43,223 nt of DNA from Eubacteriales bacterium (GTDB lineage Bacteria > Bacillota > Clostridia > Oscillospirales > SIG627), in assembly GCA_045601445.1 (NCBI GenBank), contig JAZRZQ010000065.1, positions 1-43,223 on the forward strand, in the 5' to 3' direction. Within the stretch, counting starts at the first letter, position 1. Each line of letters opens with the position of its first letter. The position numbers and the translations under genes were made by a program. Positions 1 through 8,260 of the stretch are shown one piece after another. Under the pieces are notes generated by a model, which was not told the DNA's origin, searched no databases, and was given only the letters and a program-made list of their open reading frames with translations.

Positions 1-215
1 ATAACACCGGCGGCACGGGTAGCGATAACACCGGCGGCACGGGTAGCGATAACACCGGCGGCACGGGTAGTGATAACACCGGCGGCACGGGCAGTGATAA
101 CACCGGCGGCACGGGCAGTGATAACACCGGCGGCACGGGCAGTGATAACACCGGTGGCACGGGTAGCGATAACACCGGCGGCACGGGTAGCGATAACACC
201 GGCGGCACGGGTGGA
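1..215 (+). repeat. 24-bp tandem repeat, about 9 copies (GATAACACCGGCGGCACGGGTAGC), truncated by the window edge
   Basis: Unit boundaries fall at 24, 48, 72, 96, 120, 144, 168 and 192. The only variants are GGT/GGC, AGC/AGT and GGC/GGT third-position changes. Confidence 0.95.
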
Positions 216-248
216 GAAAACAACGGTGCCGCTGTCACTCCCGCCTAA
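3..248 (+). CDS. 3' end of a gene for a repeat protein, (DNTGGTGS)n then GENNGAAVTPA*; probably secreted or surface-associated
   Basis: The frame is open from the window edge to TAA at 246-248. Every repeat variant is synonymous in this frame and non-synonymous in the other open frame. The 5' end lies outside the window. Confidence 0.6.
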   Translation, partial: NTGGTGSDNTGGTGSDNTGGTGSDNTGGTGSDNTGGTGSDNTGGTGSDNTGGTGSDNTGGTGSDNTGGTGGENNGAAVTPA

Positions 249-272
249 GTAAAACCATATTCAAACTTTCAA

Positions 273-300
273 TTGACTAATTTCGCTTTTCTGCTATAAT
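273..300 (+). promoter_or_regulatory. sigma-A-type promoter TTGACT-16-TATAAT upstream of the lipoprotein gene
   Basis: Hexamers read directly at 273-278 and 295-300. An AGGAG RBS sits at 331-335 ahead of the ATG at 343. Confidence 0.45.
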
Positions 301-342
301 ACTTGGTGAAGATGAAATTGATCGAAATTTAGGAGTTTTTTC

Positions 343-1647
343 ATGAAGCGTTTTCTATGCCTGATTTTGGCGTTGTTTTTGTGTTCGGCCTTGCTGTTTT
401 CCTGTCAGCCGAACACGCCTCAGGGCACAGCCGGTTCATCTGCGTTGCGCTTGTCCGATTTTGTCGGCGTCTGGACCAATGATGCAAATGATCTGTATTA
501 TCGTTTTACCGCTTCCGGCTTGTGGTACCGTTATAATTCTGACGGTGAGGTTGAGTCGAAAGGTGACGTCAGTTTTGATGGATCGATTTTTACTCTTATA
601 GACGAGAACGGATCAACTCACTATCTTAATTGTTCCGACCAATCTTCGTTTCTTGACTCCGAAAAGGTTTCATTTCATCGAACGGATTCCCCCTCTTCCT
701 TGGTTTCCGCCAGTGGCTATGAGGATTATTTTAATACTTGGCTTGAAGATGCAAACACACTCGGAAATCGCCTTGTGATCGGAGAGCCGGACCGTTGGTC
801 ATATACCGATCCCAATGGTAAGGTTCTTTCTGAAGGTTCGTTTTATGCCTACGCCAACGAAGAGGAGAATCTCTATCTTCATTTAGAGGAAAGCGGAGAT
901 TTCTATGCAACGCTCTCTCTAACCGAAAAGTGTCTGATTTTCCAAAGACATATTGAAGACCGAGTGATTCAAACGGAGTTTGCCACCGAAGAAAATTCTA
1001 AGCCCAGAAGCTTCTATTTTAAAGAAAAGGGAATTGAGATCAACTACTACCTTGGCGAAGGGCCTCGACTTCTCAGAAATGGCGGTGCGGCCTTTAACGA
1101 AGCGCATGATTATAAAAAAATGCCCGTTATTTGCAGCATTAAATCTGTTCAGGATCTTGTTTCAAATGGTCAAAGACAGGTTGAGATCGTTGTGAATTAT
1201 GAGTTCAAGAAAAGTGATATGCCTTCGCTGAACGGTAGTAAGATCTATAATTCGGTTCGTTTTTCTCAGTATGATTATTATACCGGCGAGCTGTTTTACC
1301 TCGATGATTCTACCGGTACCGAGCATTTACAGAGTCGCTGGGTCACCGAGCACGATGGACAAAGTTATCAGATCCGTTGCGATTTTACGTCCTATTGGGA
1401 TTATCCGAATAACGACGACGTGATGGTTCGCTGGAACGGAACGTATCGTCTTGTGTTTCCCGAGGATTATGATGGCTTCGTGATCTGTCTTCGTCCGGTT
1501 TTCAATTCTTATTCAGCTCAGGTTTCAGGCTCCATTACTCCACAGGAGGGAACGCTTCTTTTGGAGGATCTCGGCGAAGACGTTGATAAGGCTCTATATT
1601 GTCGCATTGAGAAAAAGACGATTCAGGTTTCAAAAACATCCGATTAA
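343..1647 (+). CDS. hypothetical lipoprotein (434 aa)
   Basis: The N-terminal signal peptide has the lipobox LLFSC|Q. The ORF is long, has a good RBS and is followed by a terminator. I recognised no family. Confidence 0.8.
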   Translation: MKRFLCLILALFLCSALLFSCQPNTPQGTAGSSALRLSDFVGVWTNDANDLYYRFTASGLWYRYNSDGEVESKGDVSFDGSIFTLIDENGSTHYLNCSDQSSFLDSEKVSFHRTDSPSSLVSASGYEDYFNTWLEDANTLGNRLVIGEPDRWSYTDPNGKVLSEGSFYAYANEEENLYLHLEESGDFYATLSLTEKCLIFQRHIEDRVIQTEFATEENSKPRSFYFKEKGIEINYYLGEGPRLLRNGGAAFNEAHDYKKMPVICSIKSVQDLVSNGQRQVEIVVNYEFKKSDMPSLNGSKIYNSVRFSQYDYYTGELFYLDDSTGTEHLQSRWVTEHDGQSYQIRCDFTSYWDYPNNDDVMVRWNGTYRLVFPEDYDGFVICLRPVFNSYSAQVSGSITPQEGTLLLEDLGEDVDKALYCRIEKKTIQVSKTSD

Positions 1648-1654
1648 TAGAATG

Positions 1655-1691
1655 AAAGAGTTGAGTTTATCCGGATTCAACTCTTTTTTTC
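1655..1691 (+). terminator. intrinsic terminator
   Basis: Stem GAGTTGA/TCAACTC (1658-1664 / 1677-1683) followed by a T-run at 1684-1691. Confidence 0.6.
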
Positions 1692-1766
1692 TTTTCTAAT
1701 TGATTTAGTCCTAACGGGAAGGAAATTTGCATATTCTTTTCACAGGATGTTCCTTTCTTGAAATTG

Positions 1767-1795
1767 TTGACTTTTCATCGTTTCTATGATATACT
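1767..1795 (+). promoter_or_regulatory. sigma-A-type promoter TTGACT-17-TATACT with an extended -10 TG
   Basis: Hexamers at 1767-1772 and 1790-1795, with TG at 1787-1788. Confidence 0.5.
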
Positions 1796-1840
1796 TTTTG
1801 TCGATCTTTGGATTATTTTATCAATGAGAGTGAGGCGCGT

Positions 1841-2731
1841 ATGAAAACGAAAAACAATCACCGCAAATTCGGCGATCGTGCTGATGCTACGCTCATTCGC
1901 GATGCAGATCCGATGCATAATTTTATGCCGTACCTTCTGCTTGACAGAACGCAAAATGAATGCTTGATGAATGATGAAATTGATCTGACGAATACTCTCA
2001 AATATATCGAAGAAAAGAATCAGTCAGACGTTGATTTCAAATATACAATTTTTCACGTTGTCATCGCTACTCTTGCCAAGACGATCTATCTTCGTCCCGC
2101 AATGAATCGCTTCGTTCAGGGGCATCGCTTGTATCAAAGAAAGGATATCTCCTTTTCCTTTGTTGTGAAACGTGCTTTTTCCGACCGCGCTGAGGAAGCG
2201 CTTGTCATTATGAAGCTCGATCCTGATTCCGAGCTTTCTCCGATGGATCAGGTCTATACGCGGATTCGCAAGGAAGTGAATTACATCCGCAAGGAGAATC
2301 AGACGGACGGATCTACCGATGTGATGCGCGTTCTCAATTATTTACCGAGACCGATTCTTCGCATCGTATCGCGTCTTCTGTTTTGGCTTGAGTATCACGG
2401 ATGGGTTCCCAAGTCTCTCGTTAAGGTTGATCCATACCATTCTACGTGCTTTGTTTCTAATCTCGGAAGTATCAAGATGACAGCATCCTATCATCATCTG
2501 GCCAATTGGGGCACGAATTCATTTTTTACTTTGATCGGTGAATTAAAATGGCTTCCGATCTTTCAGCAGGACGGTTCTTATGAAATGAAGCAGTTTTTGC
2601 CGCTTGGGTTTACCGTTGATGAAAGAATTGCCGACGGTTTTTATTTTGCCAACAGCATTAAGGTTTTGCGCCGCATTCTTGAAAACCCACAGATTTTGGA
2701 TCAGCCGTTTGCTGCTCCGCTTGAAGATTGA
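1841..2731 (+). CDS. stand-alone 2-oxoacid dehydrogenase E2 / CAT-like acyltransferase catalytic-domain protein, with no lipoyl or PSBD domain
   Basis: C-terminal LGFTVDERIADGFYFANSIKVLRRILENP aligns with the E2 motif LSLTFDHRAIDGAPAAKFLKELCNNLEHF encoded at 41423-42697. Start moved from TTG 1808 to ATG 1841. Confidence 0.7.
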   Translation: MKTKNNHRKFGDRADATLIRDADPMHNFMPYLLLDRTQNECLMNDEIDLTNTLKYIEEKNQSDVDFKYTIFHVVIATLAKTIYLRPAMNRFVQGHRLYQRKDISFSFVVKRAFSDRAEEALVIMKLDPDSELSPMDQVYTRIRKEVNYIRKENQTDGSTDVMRVLNYLPRPILRIVSRLLFWLEYHGWVPKSLVKVDPYHSTCFVSNLGSIKMTASYHHLANWGTNSFFTLIGELKWLPIFQQDGSYEMKQFLPLGFTVDERIADGFYFANSIKVLRRILENPQILDQPFAAPLED

Positions 2732-2749
2732 TTGTTAAGGAGAAAGAAT

Positions 2750-4468
2750 ATGAAAGAGCCTAAGACGCCGTGGCTTTCCAGCTATGGAGATGTTTCTTTT
2801 CACTTGGAGTATCCCGCGGGATCAATGAGTTCTGTTGTTCTCGATACGGCGACGGCTTATCCGGAGGCTGTTGCGTTGACCTTTATGGGAAAGAAAACCA
2901 CCTATTCTCAGCTTGCAAAGTACATTGATCTTTGTGCCAGAGCATTTTATGCCGTTGGTGTTCGCCCCGGTCAGCGAGTTTGCGTTTGTATGCCCAATAC
3001 GCCACAAACGGTGTATTGCTTATATGCTCTCAATCGCATCGGTGCGATTGCCGCGATGGTACACCCTCTTTCTGCAGAGGGCGAAATCGTTCATTATCTG
3101 AAAGAAGCGGAAAGCGACTTTGTTGTCACGCTGGATCAGTTTTATGATAAAATGCTCAATGTGCAAAAGGTCGCTAAAATATCAAAGCTTCTCATTGCGA
3201 GTGTTGCCGATGCGCTTGGCGCACTCAAAAGCATTGGATTTCGTCTGACGCAGGGTAGGAAAATTCCGAAGGTGGAGTCTTCTGAAAACGTTATTCTTTG
3301 GAATGATTTTCTTTCGCTTGGGAAAGAGTATCAAGGAGAGTATCGAGCTGTTTGCTCGGCTCAGGATCCTGCTGTCGTTTTGTTTTCCGGCGGCACGACA
3401 GGTCTGAACAAGGGAATCCTTCTTTCTAACCTAAACTTCAACGCTTTGGCATATCAAACGATCAATATGTGTCACTATCCTGTCGTTGGAAAGAGAATGC
3501 TCGCCGCGATGCCGATGTTTCACGGCTTCGGACTCGGTGTTTGCGTTCATACGCTTTTGGTCGCGGGCGGCACCTCTATCCTTGTTCCGCGCTTCACTCC
3601 TAAGCAGTACGCTGAAATGATCGTTAAGGAAAAGCCAAATTATATCGCCGGTGTTCCCACGCTTTTTGAAAACATCACCCGCAATCCTTACCTGCTAGGA
3701 AAGGATCTGAGCTTTTTAATGGGTGTTTTTTCCGGCGGTGACAGCCTTTCGATTGAACTGAAAAAGAAATTTGATCAGTTCCTTTCCGATCACGGTGCGA
3801 GCATTCGCATTCGCGAGGGCTACGGAACGACCGAATGTGTGACAGCAAGCTGCCTGACGCCTTATAACATTGAAATTGAGGGAAGTATTGGGCTTCCGTA
3901 TCCCGATACGTACTATAAGATTTGCAAGGTTGGTTCGACCGATGAGATCCCTTACGGTGAGGACGGTGAAATTTGTGTCTCCGGTCCGACGGTTATGATC
4001 GGTTATTTGAATCATCCGGAGGAAAATGCACAGACCCTGCGTCAGCACGAGGACGGAAGAATTTGGTTGCACACGGGTGACTTGGGTTCCATGAACGAGG
4101 ATGGATTCATCTTCTTCAAGCAGAGAATCAAGCGTATGATTATCACGTCCGGCTACAACGTGTATCCGTCTCAGCTCGAGAATATCATTGATGCTCACGA
4201 AGCTGTCCAAATGAGCTGCGTGATCGGCGTAAAGGATCCCATTAAAGTAGAAAAGGTCAAGGCCTTCGTTATGCTTCGCGACGGGTATGAGCCGACCGAA
4301 GAGGTTTTGGAATCCCTGCGAGAGCATTGTCGCAAGAATATTGCAAAATATGCCTTGCCTTACCATATTGAAATTAGAAAAACTCTTCCCAAGACCTTGG
4401 TCGGCAAGGTTGCGTATCGCGTGCTTGAAGAGGAAGAAGCAAAGAAGCAGGAAGAGGAAGCAAAATAA
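2750..4468 (+). CDS. AMP-dependent synthetase/ligase (acyl-CoA synthetase-like adenylate-forming enzyme)
   Basis: Motifs seen: SGGTTGLNKG (A3-like), GYGTTEC, GDLGSMNEDGFIFFKQRIKRMII. Start set at ATG 2750, preceded by AAGGAGA. Confidence 0.9.
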   Translation: MKEPKTPWLSSYGDVSFHLEYPAGSMSSVVLDTATAYPEAVALTFMGKKTTYSQLAKYIDLCARAFYAVGVRPGQRVCVCMPNTPQTVYCLYALNRIGAIAAMVHPLSAEGEIVHYLKEAESDFVVTLDQFYDKMLNVQKVAKISKLLIASVADALGALKSIGFRLTQGRKIPKVESSENVILWNDFLSLGKEYQGEYRAVCSAQDPAVVLFSGGTTGLNKGILLSNLNFNALAYQTINMCHYPVVGKRMLAAMPMFHGFGLGVCVHTLLVAGGTSILVPRFTPKQYAEMIVKEKPNYIAGVPTLFENITRNPYLLGKDLSFLMGVFSGGDSLSIELKKKFDQFLSDHGASIRIREGYGTTECVTASCLTPYNIEIEGSIGLPYPDTYYKICKVGSTDEIPYGEDGEICVSGPTVMIGYLNHPEENAQTLRQHEDGRIWLHTGDLGSMNEDGFIFFKQRIKRMIITSGYNVYPSQLENIIDAHEAVQMSCVIGVKDPIKVEKVKAFVMLRDGYEPTEEVLESLREHCRKNIAKYALPYHIEIRKTLPKTLVGKVAYRVLEEEEAKKQEEEAK

Positions 4469-4500
4469 GGTTTGCGTTTGACCGGAAGGATGTCCATTTT

Positions 4501-5223
4501 ATGTTAGAACTGCAAAAAATTACTTATACCGTCGAAACGCCTGAGGGCGCAAAAAATATTCTCGATTCGGTTGATCTTGTGATTCGAGACGGTTACACCG
4601 CATTGACCGGACCAAACGGCGGCGGAAAATCTACACTTGCAAAAATTATTGCCGGTATTTATCAACCGACCTCCGGTAAAATTCTTTTTAACGGTGAGGA
4701 TATTACCGATCTTTCCATTACCGAACGCGCCAAAAGGGGAATCAGCTTCGCATTTCAACAGCCCGTTCGTTTTAAGGGCATCAGCGTGATGGATTTGATC
4801 CGCTTTGCGGCGGGCGAAGAAATCGGTGTCAGCAAGGCCTGTGAGTATTTATCTCGCGTCGGGCTCTGCGCCAGAGAGTATATTGATCGCGAAGTAAACG
4901 CCTCCTTGTCCGGCGGTGAATTGAAGAGAATTGAGATTGCACAGATTATTGCCAGAGCAACAAAATTTTCAATTTTTGACGAGCCTGAAGCAGGAATTGA
5001 CCTTTGGAGCTTTCAGAATTTGATTCAGGTCTTTGAGAATCTTCGTGATTCCGTGAACGGAACGATCTTGATTATTTCACATCAGGAACGCATTTTGAAC
5101 ATTGCGGATCGTATCGTTGTAGTGGCAGACGGCAAAATTTCTAAAGACGGTACAAAAGATCAAATTCTTCCGGAGCTCTTAGGAAGAAGTTCTGTTTGCT
5201 CTGTGTTGTCGGAGCATCTTTGA
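4501..5223 (+). CDS. sufC: SufC-family ABC ATPase (Fe-S cluster assembly ATPase)
   Basis: Walker A GPNGGGKST, signature LSGGELKRIEIAQ, Walker B FSIFDEPEAGID, and H-loop ISHQ. It is directly followed by a SufB/D-family gene. Confidence 0.85.
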   Translation: MLELQKITYTVETPEGAKNILDSVDLVIRDGYTALTGPNGGGKSTLAKIIAGIYQPTSGKILFNGEDITDLSITERAKRGISFAFQQPVRFKGISVMDLIRFAAGEEIGVSKACEYLSRVGLCAREYIDREVNASLSGGELKRIEIAQIIARATKFSIFDEPEAGIDLWSFQNLIQVFENLRDSVNGTILIISHQERILNIADRIVVVADGKISKDGTKDQILPELLGRSSVCSVLSEHL

Positions 5224-5233
5224 GGAGTAAACT

Positions 5234-6151
5234 ATGAACCAAATCGAAAAGAATCTGTTAAAAGAAATTGCTTCTCTCCATGAAATCCCGACCGGCGCGT
5301 ATAATATTCGCAAAAACGGAGAAAGCGCGGGAAGAAATTCAACAGAACACATTCGCATCGTCCCCAAAAAAGACATTTCCGGAATTGATATTATCATTGA
5401 ACCGAATACAAAGAATGAGTCGGTGCATATTCCCGTTGTCGTGACGCAAAGTGGCCTTGTTGACACGGTATATAATGATTTCTATATCGGTGAAAACTGT
5501 GACGTTACGATCGTTGCCGGTTGCGGTATTCACAACAGCGGGTGTCAAACGGTCGGTCACGATGGAATTCACGCCTTTCACGTCGGTAAAAACGCCGTTG
5601 TCCGTTATGTGGAAAAGCATTACGGAGAAGGGGAGGGCGAGGGCAAAAACGTAATGAATCCCAAAACCGTCGTCATTCTCGATGAGGGTGCCAGAATGGA
5701 GATGGAGACCACACAAATCGGCGGCGTTGATTCCACGCTTCGTTGCACGGAGGCGACCGTCAACGATCGCGCAACGCTTGTGATCCGTGAAAAGATTCTG
5801 ACGGAGGGGACTCAGTCTGCCGATACCGATTTTACCGTCAATCTAAACGGTTTGGAATCTTCTGCAAACGTTGTTTCTCGCTCGGTGGCCAAGGGAAATT
5901 CGCGCCAGAAGTTTTTATCTCGTGTGAACGGAAATAACGCCTGCTCCGGACACACGGAGTGCGATGCCATCATAATGGATCAAGCGGTCGTCGTTGCCAT
6001 TCCCGAGGTTTGTGCAAACGACATCAACGCATCCCTGATTCATGAAGCGGCAATCGGAAAAATTGCCGGCGAGCAATTGATTAAGTTGATGTCGCTCGGT
6101 CTTACCGAGGCAGAGGCCGAAGAGCAGATCATTGCGGGATTTTTGAAATAA
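5234..6151 (+). CDS. short SufB/SufD-family protein (305 aa)
   Basis: The C-terminus SLIHEAAIGKIAGEQLIKLMSLGLTEAEAEEQIIAGFL is typical of the SufBD beta-helix domain. There is a Cys-containing segment AGCGIHNSGC. RBS GAGGAG. Confidence 0.8.
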   Translation: MNQIEKNLLKEIASLHEIPTGAYNIRKNGESAGRNSTEHIRIVPKKDISGIDIIIEPNTKNESVHIPVVVTQSGLVDTVYNDFYIGENCDVTIVAGCGIHNSGCQTVGHDGIHAFHVGKNAVVRYVEKHYGEGEGEGKNVMNPKTVVILDEGARMEMETTQIGGVDSTLRCTEATVNDRATLVIREKILTEGTQSADTDFTVNLNGLESSANVVSRSVAKGNSRQKFLSRVNGNNACSGHTECDAIIMDQAVVVAIPEVCANDINASLIHEAAIGKIAGEQLIKLMSLGLTEAEAEEQIIAGFLK

Positions 6152-6157
6152 TCATCA

Positions 6158-6190
6158 AAAAGAGCAGGTCATCGACTTGCTCTTTTCATC
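6158..6190 (+). terminator. weak intrinsic terminator after the SufB-like gene
   Basis: AGAGCA...TGCTCT stem followed by TTTTC. The stem is short, so confidence is low. Confidence 0.35.
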
Positions 6191-6217
6191 AATTATAATA
6201 ATTTTTTTGGAGGCTTT

Positions 6218-6886
6218 ATGGAAGAGCGTTATGATTCTCCCAAAATGACGCCCGGGCAATGGATTGCAAATTTTTGGTATTACCACAAGTGGCTCTTTCT
6301 GCTTGCAGTCGTTGTGCTGATCTTTCTTGCCATTTGCATCGTCCAATATGCTACGAAGGAAGACTCCGATCTTTCCGTTCTCTACGTTGGGCCGGCGGCC
6401 GTCTCGCAGGTTTCCTGTGAAGAAATGTCTCAGGAACTTGCCGGGATATTGCAGGACGTTAATGGTGATGGCTCTGTCTTTTGCGAAGTGAGAACGATCT
6501 CTCAAGTTCCCTCGTTCGACCGCTTGCCCCCCTCGGAGCGAAATCAGGCGATGGAGCTGTATCGAAGCTATCTTGCCGAGATCTTGGGCGGTGATTCTTG
6601 CCTCTTGCTGGTCGACCCCTATTTTTATCATCGACTTTCTGAGATGAATGCGCTCGTTTCATTTTATGAGATTTCAGAAAATTTCGTTGATGCTTCACTC
6701 GGTGATCGTGGTGTCTATTTGAAAAATACACCACTGTATCGGTTAGCCGGTTTTTCTTCCTTGCCGGAGGATACGGTTCTCTGCCTGAAATATTTTCCGG
6801 TTGTTTCCGATTTTGATTTTGAGGAGCGAGTTGAGTTTGATGAGAATAATCTCCATCAGCTTCGTCTGATTTTTCAGGAAGCCTGA
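6218..6886 (+). CDS. hypothetical membrane-anchored protein (222 aa)
   Basis: GGAGG RBS and a single N-terminal TM (WLFLLAVVVLIFLAICIV). No family recognised. Confidence 0.7.
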   Translation: MEERYDSPKMTPGQWIANFWYYHKWLFLLAVVVLIFLAICIVQYATKEDSDLSVLYVGPAAVSQVSCEEMSQELAGILQDVNGDGSVFCEVRTISQVPSFDRLPPSERNQAMELYRSYLAEILGGDSCLLLVDPYFYHRLSEMNALVSFYEISENFVDASLGDRGVYLKNTPLYRLAGFSSLPEDTVLCLKYFPVVSDFDFEERVEFDENNLHQLRLIFQEA

Positions 6887-7941
6887 TTGAGGTATTTTCC
6901 AAGCAATAGAGCGCATTCTCCTCTCGTTAGCGTTTGCATAAGACTCTCATCTGTGCCGGCTTGCACCCCGATCTCCCCTTCAACGGAGAATAATTCTTCA
7001 ACGCATGTCAGCGCATCTTTTCGTGTGATCGGTTCGCTTTTGTTTTCGTGATGAAAAAGCATGTCGCTCTTTTGACTTATTCTGCTTACGATTTCGTAAA
7101 ACTCATCTGCTGATACAGCCAGATTCGGTTCAAAGATCGGAAGACCGTCGTTGTTTGTTCGATACTGCATCAATCCCTCTTCGCAGAGCAAGATCGCTTC
7201 ACTGTGTCCGCAGCTTTCTATCATATCAAGAAAATAGAGATTATCGGATGCCTTATCAACTCTGATTTTCTTTGATTTGATTTCACTTTTGTTTCCGTAT
7301 TCGTCAACAATTCGATAACGGAAGCGATCTGTTCCGACGAAATTTGTCTTCGGCCGGTAAAGAATGCTTTCCGAATCAATCCGTTCGAGCATACCGTTTT
7401 TTGGACCTTCTACGATTTCAAAAGATTGGATGTTCCCCGAACTCTCCAGAGTGAGAAGTGCTGATGTGTTTTTGTATATTTTTTCATTCGTAAACACCGC
7501 ATTTACGGATTGCTCACCTTTGTCTTGAAAACAAATCAAGCACGAATAGCACTCATCATTGGCTGAATTTGAAAATTCGAAGCTATCGATCGCCTCGTCG
7601 GGACCGTTTGGCTTGACTGATAAATTCGATATTTCAGTTACGGGGATCACTTGCCCTGCGCTCACTGCCGTTCCATTCAGCCATAAACTACCGCATGCGG
7701 GATTCGGAAGGGTATGAATTTTGATCGCGCGATAGTTGCCTTCCCCGAAAATTTCGTCGAAATCTTCTTTTTCAAACGTAATACCGGCTCCTTCCGGCGC
7801 GCCTTTCTTGATTTTCGTGCTTTGATAGAGAATTTCAAGCGCAGGAGACAGAAGTGCAGAATAGCTCTCTGCATGCACGTTTATTGTTTTTGTTTGAAAG
7901 AAGATCAATACGCAGACAAGACAAAGAATCACTTTTCTCAT
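6874..7941 (-). CDS. hypothetical secreted protein with Ig/cadherin-like repeat features
   Basis: Signal peptide MRKVILCLVCVLIFFQTKTINVHA|E. The segment VGTDRFRYRIVDEYGN resembles bacterial Ig-like domains. The start overlaps the ylmC-like stop by 4 nt. Confidence 0.7.
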   Translation of the reverse strand: MRKVILCLVCVLIFFQTKTINVHAESYSALLSPALEILYQSTKIKKGAPEGAGITFEKEDFDEIFGEGNYRAIKIHTLPNPACGSLWLNGTAVSAGQVIPVTEISNLSVKPNGPDEAIDSFEFSNSANDECYSCLICFQDKGEQSVNAVFTNEKIYKNTSALLTLESSGNIQSFEIVEGPKNGMLERIDSESILYRPKTNFVGTDRFRYRIVDEYGNKSEIKSKKIRVDKASDNLYFLDMIESCGHSEAILLCEEGLMQYRTNNDGLPIFEPNLAVSADEFYEIVSRISQKSDMLFHHENKSEPITRKDALTCVEELFSVEGEIGVQAGTDESLMQTLTRGECALLLGKYLNQAS

Positions 7942-8207
7942 CGTTGGCCCTCGTTGTAGCGAACCAAAATTGTGTCGCTTCCAATGCGTTCAATATCGCT
8001 CCAAGCAATTCGGTAGGCTCTGCAACCGTCTTTTTTTACAAAATCGGATAATTCATATTTTTTCGGCAGAAGAATGGCACAAATGTGCCCCAGGCATAGA
8101 TCAAATTCGACATCCTGTATATAACCCATCCTTTTTCCGTTGCACAGATTGATGACTTCCAATTTTTTTAATTGGCTCAGTGTGCAATAATTGCTCGTAC
8201 CGCTCAT
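7938..8207 (-). CDS. YlmC/YmxH-family sporulation protein (PRC-barrel)
   Basis: Size is 89 aa. The pattern LSQLKKLEVINLCNGKRMGYIQDVEFD...ICAILLP matches the YlmC/YmxH family as I recall it. AAGGAGG RBS. Confidence 0.8.
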   Translation of the reverse strand: MSGTSNYCTLSQLKKLEVINLCNGKRMGYIQDVEFDLCLGHICAILLPKKYELSDFVKKDGCRAYRIAWSDIERIGSDTILVRYNEGQR

Positions 8208-8260
8208 CGCGAGCCTCCTTTACTATATTTGATTCCATTTTATGCAAACGAGAGGTAATT

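Noticed and set aside
70-252. ORF-track CDS MITPAARAV... (60 aa) within the tandem repeat
   Set aside because: It is the alternative open frame of the 24-bp repeat. All inter-unit substitutions are non-synonymous here but silent in the DNTGGTGS frame, which also runs open from the window edge. It starts with GTG and has no RBS.
3716-4366. 216-aa ORF antisense to the AMP-ligase gene, plus similar antisense ORFs at 8324-8854, 16117-16656 and 32385-32897
   Set aside because: Each lies within a confidently assigned gene on the other strand or in another frame, and none has RBS or motif support.
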